From the NCBI GenBank assembly GCA_043820815.1, contig JBDRDJ010000005.1, positions 105,517-169,516 of the forward strand: a stretch of 64,000 nt of DNA. The letters run 5' to 3'. Within the stretch, counting starts at the first letter, position 1. Each line of letters begins with the position of its first letter. Below, piece after piece: positions 28,811-37,710 of this stretch. The stretch comes from Candidatus Omnitrophota bacterium. Lineage in GTDB: Bacteria > Omnitrophota > Gorgyraeia > Duberdicusellales > 4484-171. The notes beneath the pieces were generated by a model. That model worked only from the letters and a program-made list of their open reading frames with translations. It was not told the origin of the DNA and did no database searches. Made by a program: the position numbers and the translations under genes.

Positions 28811-28940
28811 TCAAGTTGAGACTTGACCCCCATTTTCTAAGGCACAAAGACACAAAGGCTTAAAAGTAATATATTTTAATAACAAAAAATCTTCGTGATC
28901 TTTGTGCGAGCATAGACAGCGTAATTCTTCAAATACATTT

Positions 28941-28971
28941 TTCGTGTCAATTCGTGTTATTCGTGGTTAAA
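28941..28971 (+). repeat. TTCGTG direct-repeat element ending in TTCGTGGTTAAAAAA
   Basis: TTCGTGTCAATTCGTGTTATTCGTGGTTAA with a 9-10 bp period. Related copies lie at 31198-31226 (+) and 29892-29906 (-); the latter is immediately upstream of the RBS of the 29116-29883 gene. Confidence 0.5.
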
Positions 28972-29115
28972 AAATGAGAGGTTTCCTCATCGGCTTGGTG
29001 CCTTGGCAATAGAGAAAAATTGCGGTTACGGATTTTAAACTCAGTGGCTACTGTATGCCCTGTGGTTAAATAGGCTAATTTCGAGGCTTTGTCTCCATTG
29101 TTTCATCAAACATGA

Positions 29116-29883
29116 TTAAAAACAAGGTTCCTTTAGACCGGAACAACTCAGCGATATCGTACGTATACCACCTACCGCACAACTATTTTGACGTTGCCAA
29201 CCACTAGCATTGGTATAATACCAAACCCAATTATCAGTACAGGAAACCCATTGTTTAGTCTTTATAGCATCAACCTTGGTATAACCTTCAAGTTCGCATA
29301 AATGCTTAGCAGTTGTATTGTCGGCCCTTGTCTGTTCCGAATCATCAGCTACTGGTAGACCTGCACCCTCGCTGCCTGCAAGTTGATTAATTCTACTTTC
29401 ACCAAGAACAACATTCTCCGGTGGGCACCAACACGGAATCCATACTGCTTTTCCAGCGCCATCTGACTTAAGACAATCACCTTTCTTGCCCTCTGCAACC
29501 GGCAACTCATATCCAACCCCAGGGGCACCAATATTTACCTGCCCTTCTAAGAGAGCTGTACCGACAACATCAAGATTCTCTCTAGGTTCACGAGTCCCTA
29601 TGCCCAAACTGCCAGATAGTGCCAAACTTCCCGGCAAAGGATCACCGTTTATGTCAACAGCCATGTCTGCATTAGTAACTTTACCGTCTCCATCAACATC
29701 TCCAAGAACAACGGTGTTGGTAATAATGAGATCTTTATACACCCCGTAAGGTGCCGGGTAATAGGTTGTAAGTGAAATTTTCTCGCCATCAGGCTCCTCT
29801 GCCTTAGGCTTAGAAAAACCGGTAAACACCACTGAAACAGCGAGAAACAAAAATGCAATTAGAATAAAGGCTCTTTTTGACAT
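29116..29883 (-). CDS. Secreted paralog family protein P4 (ISLTTYYPAPYG motif, dockerin-like DVDGDGKVTNAD loop; divergent Cys-rich C-terminus)
   Basis: Probable start MSKRAF (RBS AAGGAGG), not the upstream ATG at 29913. Signal peptide; EKISLTTYYPAPYGVYKDLII; GDVDGDGKVTNADMAVDINGD; SLGIGTREPRENLDV; 10 Cys in the C-terminal 110 aa. Confidence 0.65.
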   Translation of the reverse strand: MSKRAFILIAFLFLAVSVVFTGFSKPKAEEPDGEKISLTTYYPAPYGVYKDLIITNTVVLGDVDGDGKVTNADMAVDINGDPLPGSLALSGSLGIGTREPRENLDVVGTALLEGQVNIGAPGVGYELPVAEGKKGDCLKSDGAGKAVWIPCWCPPENVVLGESRINQLAGSEGAGLPVADDSEQTRADNTTAKHLCELEGYTKVDAIKTKQWVSCTDNWVWYYTNASGWQRQNSCAVGGIRTISLSCSGLKEPCF

Positions 29884-30007
29884 ATTCCCCTCCTTTTTAA
29901 CCACGAAATCCAATATTTGAATACTACATATTTATGAAAACTATACCATATAAATATACCATATTTTCGGCGGAAAAACCACCTTTTTCGGAGAAAAAGG
30001 AAAAAGG

Positions 30008-30037
30008 GGAAGTTCAGTGCAACCCCTTTAATACTCG
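30008..30037 (-). terminator. Intrinsic terminator after cobO (AGGGGTTGCACTGAACTTCCCCT + TTTTTCC)
   Basis: Hairpin and U-run on the minus strand overlapping the stop codon at 30028. Confidence 0.55.
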
Positions 30038-30552
30038 ATGCCTTTGCGGGCGATAAGTTTTCTGTCAAAGGGGTGTTTGATCTTCTGAATATAGGAGACA
30101 TAATCGGCCATGGCGATTATTGATTTAGGGGCTTCTCTTCCGGTTAGAACAAGCTCAACTTCTCTCGCTTTTCTGATTAATTCCTTAATTCTTTGCTGTT
30201 TTACAATTCCCAGCTCAAGGCCGTTTAAAAGCTCGTCCAGTATAAACACATCGAATCTCTGTATATTGAGGTCATATTCAATTTTTTCCAAGGCTTGCCT
30301 TACGGATTCCTCTGTCTTTTCTTTATCAAAATCACCGTCTTTTAAAAACATGGGGTGTGTCTGGTATTCAAAACGCTCTATCTTAAAAGGAAGCTTATAT
30401 TCCTTAACAATATTCAGCTCACCGCAAGAAGAATCCAAACTTTTTAGAAACTGAGCAATATAAACAGACTTCTTCCAGCCTGCCGCCCTTAGAGCCAACC
30501 CTAAAATCGACGTTGTCTTTCCTTTTCCGTCACCTATGTATAAATGTATCAT
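30028..30552 (-). CDS. cobO: Cob(I)yrinic acid a,c-diamide / corrinoid adenosyltransferase (CobO/BtuR family)
   Basis: 174 aa. P-loop GDGKGKTT, ...VYIAQFLK..., ...FILDEL..., ...LTGREAP... typical of the BtuR/CobA family. Confidence 0.75.
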   Translation of the reverse strand: MIHLYIGDGKGKTTSILGLALRAAGWKKSVYIAQFLKSLDSSCGELNIVKEYKLPFKIERFEYQTHPMFLKDGDFDKEKTEESVRQALEKIEYDLNIQRFDVFILDELLNGLELGIVKQQRIKELIRKAREVELVLTGREAPKSIIAMADYVSYIQKIKHPFDRKLIARKGIEY

Positions 30553-30582
30553 TTTATTATTATTTTGTTTCGTATTGCGTTT

Positions 30583-31065
30583 TTAATTCAAGAATTTAAA
30601 TATCCCAAGTGTTCCGAGCGTTACAAGGATGCCGGCGATTATCATTCCTATTAATATAGCAAGAAAGGCTCTTTTTAGTTTAAATTCGAATAAAGTTGCC
30701 GCAACCGCGCCTGACCATATGCCTGAGCCGGGAACCGGGATTGCAACGAATAAAGCCAGGCCCCAGAACCCGTAAACCTGCACAATTTTTGACTTTTTAT
30801 GGACTTTATCAAACCACCATCTAAGCCCCTTACCTATATACCTTATATTCTCAAGCCTTTTTTCTGCCCAGCGTAAAAAAACCAATAAAGGAACAATCGG
30901 GATAAAATTTCCTAAGAAAGAATAAAAACAAACGCTCTGCCATGGCATTTTAAACGAAAGTATGCCTAATGGTATTGAACCGCGAAGCTCAAAAACAGGC
31001 AATGCCGCAACCACGGCAACTGCAAATTCTTTCGGCAAAGCTAAAATCCACTCAGGGACACCCAT
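30583..31065 (-). CDS. Small integral membrane protein (COG2426-like, putative small exporter family)
   Basis: 160 aa, 4-5 hydrophobic helices; weak resemblance only. Confidence 0.35.
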   Translation of the reverse strand: MGVPEWILALPKEFAVAVVAALPVFELRGSIPLGILSFKMPWQSVCFYSFLGNFIPIVPLLVFLRWAEKRLENIRYIGKGLRWWFDKVHKKSKIVQVYGFWGLALFVAIPVPGSGIWSGAVAATLFEFKLKRAFLAILIGMIIAGILVTLGTLGIFKFLN

Positions 31066-31254
31066 TTAATATTTAATCCAATTCTTCTGCCACCAAGGCC
31101 TTTTAGAATCTGTAATCTCCCATCACGGTTTCGCATTTTAGATATCACATGTTTTCTTGAAACAGGATGAACTTTGTGGCTTAGTGTGAGATTATTATTC
31201 GTGAATATTTGTGCAATTCGTGGTTAAGAAAACATATAAAAGTCCCTATAAAAT

Positions 31255-31896
31255 TCATTTTGCGTTTTCTTCGCTGATGAGAGGGACGAAAATGCAGCCG
31301 CCGGCTCTTTCTTGTTTTACGCAGCCGTGCGCATCTTTATTCACAACAATTAAATCTTGATGAAACCTTTCTCCAACAGGTATTACCATTATGCCGGGGC
31401 TCTCAAGCTGTTCAATAAGCGCAGGTGGAATAGCCGAGGCTCCTGCAGCCACGATAATCCTGTCATAGGGGGCATATTCAGGCCAGCCCAGGGTGCCGTC
31501 GGCAACTTTCATATCAAAGGTATAACCCCGGGAATTTAAAATTTCCTTAGCCTTCTTCGCCAGCACGCCAATGCGCTCAACGCTGAATACTTTTGCTCCT
31601 AAACTGCATAGAACCGCTGTCTGGTAACCGCTTCCTGTTCCTATCTCTAAAACCTTGCTATCGGCATTTACGTTTAATAGCTCACTCATCAGCGCGACCA
31701 TGTAAGGCTGAGATATTGTCTGGTCTTTACCTATTGACAGGGGCCGGTCATGATATGCGTATTGCCTTTGAAACCTGGGGACAAAAAGATGACGGGGAAC
31801 TTCTTTCATCGCCCGCAAAACAGACTTATTTACTATGCCGCGGCAGCATATTTGATCATCAACCATTTGAAATCTTTGTTTGTTATAATCAGTCAT
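31255..31896 (-). CDS. pcm: Protein-L-isoaspartate O-methyltransferase
   Basis: SAM-binding motif VLEIGTGSGYQTAVL and the PIMT pre-/post-motifs (SQPYMVA, RIIVAAGA). Confidence 0.85.
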   Translation of the reverse strand: MTDYNKQRFQMVDDQICCRGIVNKSVLRAMKEVPRHLFVPRFQRQYAYHDRPLSIGKDQTISQPYMVALMSELLNVNADSKVLEIGTGSGYQTAVLCSLGAKVFSVERIGVLAKKAKEILNSRGYTFDMKVADGTLGWPEYAPYDRIIVAAGASAIPPALIEQLESPGIMVIPVGERFHQDLIVVNKDAHGCVKQERAGGCIFVPLISEENAK

Positions 31897-31914
31897 TTAC
31901 ATATACGGTGTGAA

Positions 31915-32601
31915 TCAAACATTTCTTGATATTTGATTTTCTTTATTAATGCTGATTGCGAAACGTATAAATCGAATAGTATCGATAATCGGATTGATCT
32001 TGCTCGGGCGGTTTTTAAAATAAATACTTTTTATTGGTACGCTTTCAATCGTAAAATTGCCTCTTGCGGCTTTAATAATGATTTCTGATTCCATTTCAAA
32101 CTTATGAGTCGTAATCTCAATATGCTCAAGGACATCTCTTTTGATAAGCCTAAAGCCGCACTGGGTATCAGGTATGCTCTGGCCGGCCAGCTTTGAAATA
32201 AACCAGGACATAAAAGTATTTGTAATTACCCTGATCTTAGGCATATCCTTTGGGTCATCCATGCGGTTACCCACGACAAATTCACAATTTTCCTTTGCCT
32301 TCTGTATGAAAAATTCAATATCAGCCGGGGAATGCTGGCCGTCGGCATCCATAGTTACAATATGGGTAACCGCGGGATTCTTAAGGAGGCAATTTATCCC
32401 CTTAAGCAGCGCCGAACCCTTCCCAAGATTATGATTATTCCTAACCACATCGGTTGCGTGAGTTTTTGCAACCTCATATGTCTTATCAGTCGAACCGTCA
32501 TCGATTACAAGGACAGAAATTTTAAGCGACGAGAGTTCTAGAAGTAAATTTTTTAAAGATTCAGCTTCGTTATAGGCCGGAATTAATACCCAGATATTCA
32601 T
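31915..32601 (-). CDS. Family 2 glycosyltransferase (polyprenyl-phosphate sugar transferase-like)
   Basis: IPAYNE...VIDDGSTD...MDADGQH...GFRL motifs of the GT2 DPM1-like family. Confidence 0.75.
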   Translation of the reverse strand: MNIWVLIPAYNEAESLKNLLLELSSLKISVLVIDDGSTDKTYEVAKTHATDVVRNNHNLGKGSALLKGINCLLKNPAVTHIVTMDADGQHSPADIEFFIQKAKENCEFVVGNRMDDPKDMPKIRVITNTFMSWFISKLAGQSIPDTQCGFRLIKRDVLEHIEITTHKFEMESEIIIKAARGNFTIESVPIKSIYFKNRPSKINPIIDTIRFIRFAISINKENQISRNV

Positions 32602-32609
32602 ATTACCTG

Positions 32610-33569
32610 TTACGTGTGACGTGATACATTTTTTTCATCTGACGCCTGCCCTCTGACTTCAGAGGTTTGCCCCTCATGCGGTTCGTCGAGCCAGTACTTA
32701 TCAAACATAAACCACTGATCAGGGTACTTTCTGATAAACCTCTCTAAAACAGGTACGTAGTGTTCAATTATCTTAATTTGATCTGACTCAGAACGGCCGT
32801 CTTTATTTGAATCCCCTTTGGATGAATTATCATTTATATCATTTAAGTCATTTGTGAGAGGTTCTCCTAAAATAAACTTGAAATTGAATTTGTTTTCTCT
32901 GACAACAAAAGCCGGAACTATATAGGCGCCGGTTTTAAGCGCAAAATAAGCAAGCCCCTTAGGAAGACAGACGCTTCGCGAAAACATCTTGGTTCTTAAT
33001 CCGTTACCTGAGAAATCTTTATCTCCTAAGAAAGCAACAAACTCGCCCTTTTTAAGGGCCTGGTAACATTTTTTGACGGCAACGCTTGTGGGGATAACCT
33101 TTATACCGAAAAAACGGCGCTGATTATTGAAAAGCCGATTCGTTCTTCTGTCTGTGTGGGTTAAAGCCACAACACTAATGGGATACCCCAATAAAGAAGT
33201 AACAACCCCTCCAAGCTCGTAACTGCCAAGATGAGCTGAAAGAACAATAACTCCTTTTCCTTCAGAAAGCGGTTTATTTAAATTATGGATACCTTCAACC
33301 TTAATATACTTTTCTACAAATCCTTTATCGATCTTTGAAAAGCTCAAAAAATCAACGAGGTAATACGAAAAGTTAATAAATACCCTTTTCGCGCAGCGCA
33401 GGCGCTCTTTTCTATCGCCTATTATAGCCGAAAGATTGTATAAAACATATTTTCTATCATTTGGACAGAAATAAAAATGCAAAATTGCGCAGAATTTAGC
33501 TAATGAATAAGAGATATTTCGCGGTAAAACAACACTGATAAACCTTCCTAAAACGAATAGATAATACAT
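32610..33569 (-). CDS. Lysophospholipid/lipid A acyltransferase (LPLAT, HtrB/LpxL-like)
   Basis: 319 aa with the HtrB-like N-terminal TM and an acyltransferase core (SAHLGSYE..., FLGDKD...). Confidence 0.55.
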   Translation of the reverse strand: MYYLFVLGRFISVVLPRNISYSLAKFCAILHFYFCPNDRKYVLYNLSAIIGDRKERLRCAKRVFINFSYYLVDFLSFSKIDKGFVEKYIKVEGIHNLNKPLSEGKGVIVLSAHLGSYELGGVVTSLLGYPISVVALTHTDRRTNRLFNNQRRFFGIKVIPTSVAVKKCYQALKKGEFVAFLGDKDFSGNGLRTKMFSRSVCLPKGLAYFALKTGAYIVPAFVVRENKFNFKFILGEPLTNDLNDINDNSSKGDSNKDGRSESDQIKIIEHYVPVLERFIRKYPDQWFMFDKYWLDEPHEGQTSEVRGQASDEKNVSRHT

Positions 33570-33596
33570 AACCTTTTATCAATACAGTTAGAAAAA

Positions 33597-34712
33597 TCAG
33601 CCGAGCAATCCTGAAATTAAATCGTAAATCCGTAAAGATGAATCGATAAAAGATATAGTCTTTGCGTTTTCCTTAAGGTTATACATCTTTTTTTTATCGA
33701 GTATAAGCGATTTAACTAACTCTGCTGAGTGATGCGGGTTGTCAGCTTCGACAATAGCCTCTTTCTTAAGCAAATATCCTACATTCCTCTCTTCCTGGCC
33801 GGGTATTGGACGGGTTATTATTATACTTAAGCCTTTTGCGAGAGCTTCAGATACGGTTATCCCACCGGCTTTGGTTATTATAATATTGGAAAAATCCATG
33901 ATTTTGTTGACACACTCTATGTAACTAAAATAAAAAAGGTGCTTTTTAAATTTTCGCTTGTTTCGCGAAAACCACTTATAAAGTTTCTTATTTCTGCCGC
34001 ACAGGACTATGATCTGAAAATCTAAATCTAACCTCTCTAATTCCCGTGATACTTTTTGTATAGGCCCAAACCCTGAGCCTCCTCCCATAAGCAAAACGGC
34101 GGGTTTAATTTTATCCATACCAAAAGAAACAGCGGTTTCAGAGCGGGAAAACGTACCCATAAACTTAACCGATATAGGGATTCCTAAAAGTTTTATCTTA
34201 GATTTATCAACGCCTTCTTGAACTAAAACTTCTTTTGCTTCAGGGCAGGCAACAACATATTTATCAATAGTTTTATGAATCCAGAATTTATGAGGGTAAT
34301 AATCAGTTACGACTGCAACGAGAGGGATATCAAGGGATAACTTCTGCTTATAGTCAGCTACCAACCCGCAGGGAAAAGCCTGGGTCGCAATGATGCAGTC
34401 AGGCTTAATTTTATTTATAAGACGGGAAAGCTTTTTAAACGCAAGTATGCTTACGAACTTGCGGCAGGGGGTCAATCTCCTTACTACCGGCTCTCTGTCG
34501 TAAATTTTACCCCATACTGAAGGAATGTGTTTGATTACTGCGGTATATAAAAAATCAATAATTTTCTCCCAGTATGGAAAAAAATATCCTAAACCGTTCA
34601 TGGTTATGACCTGGGCTTGCGGGTCGCGGTATTTAAAAGCTTCCTTTATATTATCCGCGGCTTTACTGTGGCCTCCGCCGTCAGATATGTAAAATATCAG
34701 TATTTTCTTCAT
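33597..34712 (-). CDS. GT28-family glycosyltransferase (MGDG synthase / diacylglycerol glycosyltransferase-like)
   Basis: N-terminal ILIFYISDGGGHSKAA and C-terminal ...MGGGSGFGP...ITKAGGITVSEA... typical of the MGDG-synthase/UgtP family. Confidence 0.7.
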   Translation of the reverse strand: MKKILIFYISDGGGHSKAADNIKEAFKYRDPQAQVITMNGLGYFFPYWEKIIDFLYTAVIKHIPSVWGKIYDREPVVRRLTPCRKFVSILAFKKLSRLINKIKPDCIIATQAFPCGLVADYKQKLSLDIPLVAVVTDYYPHKFWIHKTIDKYVVACPEAKEVLVQEGVDKSKIKLLGIPISVKFMGTFSRSETAVSFGMDKIKPAVLLMGGGSGFGPIQKVSRELERLDLDFQIIVLCGRNKKLYKWFSRNKRKFKKHLFYFSYIECVNKIMDFSNIIITKAGGITVSEALAKGLSIIITRPIPGQEERNVGYLLKKEAIVEADNPHHSAELVKSLILDKKKMYNLKENAKTISFIDSSLRIYDLISGLLG

Positions 34713-35868
34713 CTATCTCCTTTATCGCCTTAAGAAAAGCATCTACTACAGGTGGTGAAAATTGCTTTTTCCGGTTTTTCTTAATCTCTTCCAGAGCCTT
34801 AGCTTTGGTTAATGCTTTACGGTAAGGCCTATCGGTTGTCATAGCATCGTAGGCATCAGCAAGCGCTATAATTGAGGCTATGAGGGGGATTTTTCTGCCC
34901 TTTAGGCCATAAGGATACCCCCCGCCGTCGTAACGCTCATGATGATACTGGATACCATGCTGAACTTCCCCGAACCCCTTAACGTGGTCGATAATTTGAA
35001 GCCCTATCAGAGGATGAACTTGAACAATTTTCAACTCTTTTTCGTCGAGCGGCGTAGTCTTATTAAGAATATTTTCGGGGATGCCAATTTTTCCGATATC
35101 GTGAAGAAGAGCTGATATTCTCACATCTTCATGAAACTTTTCCCAATCGGAGGCGATTTTTTTTCTTTTTAAATTCCTTACTATTGCCAGAGAATATTCA
35201 ACCACGCGGCTCGTATGCCCGCTGGTATACCTATCCTTGGCCTCGATGCTCGAGGCAAGGGCTGAAACTATCTGCAAGAATAAACGTTTATTAATCTCAA
35301 GCTGTTTATTTAAATCTTCAATGAGCCAGGCATTCTTTAACGCCATCACAACATCTGAAGCCAAAACAGATAAAAACCCTATCTCTTCTTCTCTAATAGG
35401 TTTTTTATTAATTTTCTCGCCTAAGAACAATACCCCTATAAGGTCTTTTCTAAAGAAACCCGGTATGCACACTTTAGCCTGATACAAGAAAAGATTTGTT
35501 TTCAGGTTTTCGATAAACCGCTTAAGCCTTTTGTTTTTCTTAACCGAAGATGTCCGGGCATAACTCTCAATCGCCTTATAAGTTAATATGTCTTTTGGAA
35601 ACTTAAGATTTCTATCGGTAAAATAGCGTATAACCGGGTTTTCAACGCTAACCTTTACAAATCCGGAAGGTATTCTAAAGCCCGGATGGCCGCGGGATAT
35701 TCTTACGATATAGGCATCTTTATCAGAATCGTAAATTAAAATCCCGGCATGTTTAACCCTGATAGTCCTTATAACAGTCCTTAGAATTATTTTAACGAGA
35801 GTATCGGCATTATGTATGGCAATCATTTGCCGGGCTGCCTGTTCTAGCTTTTTTCGATAGTTAACCAT
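34681..35868 (-). CDS. GAF domain + HD-GYP phosphohydrolase (putative c-di-GMP phosphodiesterase)
   Basis: C-terminal HD-GYP core (HTSRVVEYS, LHDIGKIGIP, HHERYDGGGYPYGL); N-terminal GAF-like region. Confidence 0.7.
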   Translation of the reverse strand: MVNYRKKLEQAARQMIAIHNADTLVKIILRTVIRTIRVKHAGILIYDSDKDAYIVRISRGHPGFRIPSGFVKVSVENPVIRYFTDRNLKFPKDILTYKAIESYARTSSVKKNKRLKRFIENLKTNLFLYQAKVCIPGFFRKDLIGVLFLGEKINKKPIREEEIGFLSVLASDVVMALKNAWLIEDLNKQLEINKRLFLQIVSALASSIEAKDRYTSGHTSRVVEYSLAIVRNLKRKKIASDWEKFHEDVRISALLHDIGKIGIPENILNKTTPLDEKELKIVQVHPLIGLQIIDHVKGFGEVQHGIQYHHERYDGGGYPYGLKGRKIPLIASIIALADAYDAMTTDRPYRKALTKAKALEEIKKNRKKQFSPPVVDAFLKAIKEIDEENTDILHI

Positions 35869-35879
35869 GTTTAAATTCT

Positions 35880-36239
35880 TTAAAGAACATATTTATTTAT
35901 CTTCCTTCGTAACTGCTCAAGGTCTATGGGTTTAGTTATATAATCAACCGCACCGTACTTTTTTGCATTATCCTGAGATTTCTTATCATCCCTTGCGGTC
36001 AACATTATTACTTTGCAGCGGCTGTTTCTTTTTTTCATTTCTTTAAGCACAGTAAGGCCGTCCTTATCAGGCATGCATATATCAAGAAAAACCCACGCAG
36101 GGATTTCCTTATCATATAAATCCAACGCGGCAACCCCTCCTGTAGCTTTTACAACCACCAGGTTAAAACGCCCCAGAAATTTCTCCATAAAATCAACAAT
36201 TTCTTTCTCATCATCAACAACAAGAACTTTTTTGCTCAT
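35880..36239 (-). CDS. Single-domain response regulator (receiver)
   Basis: VLVVDDE...WVFLDICMPDKDG...VIMLTA...K motifs. Confidence 0.8.
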   Translation of the reverse strand: MSKKVLVVDDEKEIVDFMEKFLGRFNLVVVKATGGVAALDLYDKEIPAWVFLDICMPDKDGLTVLKEMKKRNSRCKVIMLTARDDKKSQDNAKKYGAVDYITKPIDLEQLRRKINKYVL

Positions 36240-36396
36240 TTATACCTCCTCGGTATTACCTTCGTATTGTCTAAAGGTTTTTCTTTTATCCTATTTACCA
36301 CTCTTTTTTTATATACTTTCATATTATTCTTGATAAAATCTTTAGTATATGTGTACAAATAAATATAATACCATAAATACCTTGATGGGTAAACTG

Positions 36397-37710
36397 TTAC
36401 ATCTTAAGGCTTATAACATATTCTATTTTTACTGAATCCCCAACCTTGCTTAAATCTAAGATTTCCTTTTTATCATGGGGAAAAATTACTTCAACGCGTG
36501 GGGCAAAAATATTATCGGGATTGATCTCCCGGACAACTGCGGTTCTGCCGTCGTTTAAATGCACGATTGTCCCAACCGGCCAAACACCTATAATTTTAAA
36601 AAAACCTTCGAGCAGGTCAGGGCTAAACATACGCCCTCTTTCTTTCATCATTAGCCTGTATATCGCATCAGGAGGATAATCCTGCTTATAAGTCCTTCTC
36701 TGGATTAACGCGTCATAAACATCACAAATAGAAACAATCGACGAAAACACATGGGGCCGCTGCGAAAAATAAGTTTTGGGATACCCCTTCATGTCAAAAC
36801 GCATATGGTGTTCAAAAACTACAACTATAGGCACTATGCCTAAAGAATCCTTGTATTTTAAAAGAATTTCCGCTCCAACAACAGCATGGCTTTTCATGGT
36901 ATCGAATTCTTCATCGGTTAACCTGTCGGGCTTCTGAACTATTTTTCTCGAAATATAAAGTTTTCCGATATCATGAAATAACGCTGCAATTCCGATATCT
37001 AAAACATCTTCTTTGGCAAAACCGAGCTTTGAGGAAAAATACATAGATAAAATAGATACATTTAAAAGGTGATTAAATGTTAATTTATCATAACTTTTAG
37101 CGGTGGCAAGGCGCAAAAACTCATGATAACTGCCAATAAGTTTCTCCATAACATTTGTTACGGTAAGCCTTAGCCCCAGATAATCAACCGCATCATCCTC
37201 AAGCGTCGCGTTAATCGATTTAGAAAGTTCACCAATTGTATCTTCGTAATATTTAAGGTTACTTACGGTTTCTGATATATCTATTTCGGCTGCCTGAGTG
37301 GATGCCTTAAGTTTACTCACTGAAACGTTACGGATTCCAAGACGGTTAAATAATTTTTGTAAACTTTCTTCAGGATTTAAGTTGTATTTAATTATTGTGT
37401 TAATGCACCTTGCCGTCTCATCTTTATCAATACCCTGAGAAAACGCTAAACGCTCTATGCCTTTTTCCTTTAAATAGGTAATCATTGCGCTTAGGCGTTG
37501 GCTTAAATCAAAGAATATCTCTTTTTCAAAAGCAAACTCACTGCCTATTATGCCTATAACGACTTCCGGCCTTTCAGTAAGAATTTCCTGAAGTTTCTCA
37601 AAAACATTATCAACGGATTCGTTAAATTTCGGGTGTTGTGAAGTATAAATACGCCCGACCTGCAAGCTTAAAATAAACTGCTTTAAGAATTGTTCGATTT
37701 CTTTATGCAT
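36397..37710 (-). CDS. HD-GYP domain protein with N-terminal sensor-like region
   Basis: HD-GYP core (LFHDIGKLYIS, HHMRFDMKGYP). Start moved to MHKEIEQF (RBS GAGGGG), which removes the 77-nt overlap with the upstream gene. Confidence 0.65.
   Translation of the reverse strand: MHKEIEQFLKQFILSLQVGRIYTSQHPKFNESVDNVFEKLQEILTERPEVVIGIIGSEFAFEKEIFFDLSQRLSAMITYLKEKGIERLAFSQGIDKDETARCINTIIKYNLNPEESLQKLFNRLGIRNVSVSKLKASTQAAEIDISETVSNLKYYEDTIGELSKSINATLEDDAVDYLGLRLTVTNVMEKLIGSYHEFLRLATAKSYDKLTFNHLLNVSILSMYFSSKLGFAKEDVLDIGIAALFHDIGKLYISRKIVQKPDRLTDEEFDTMKSHAVVGAEILLKYKDSLGIVPIVVVFEHHMRFDMKGYPKTYFSQRPHVFSSIVSICDVYDALIQRRTYKQDYPPDAIYRLMMKERGRMFSPDLLEGFFKIIGVWPVGTIVHLNDGRTAVVREINPDNIFAPRVEVIFPHDKKEILDLSKVGDSVKIEYVISLKM

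Noticed and set aside
29883-29913. Longer N-terminus (MDFVVKKEGN) for the 29116 paralog
   Set aside because: The internal ATG at 29883 has a consensus AAGGAGG RBS at correct spacing and gives a standard signal peptide; the upstream extension lacks an RBS.
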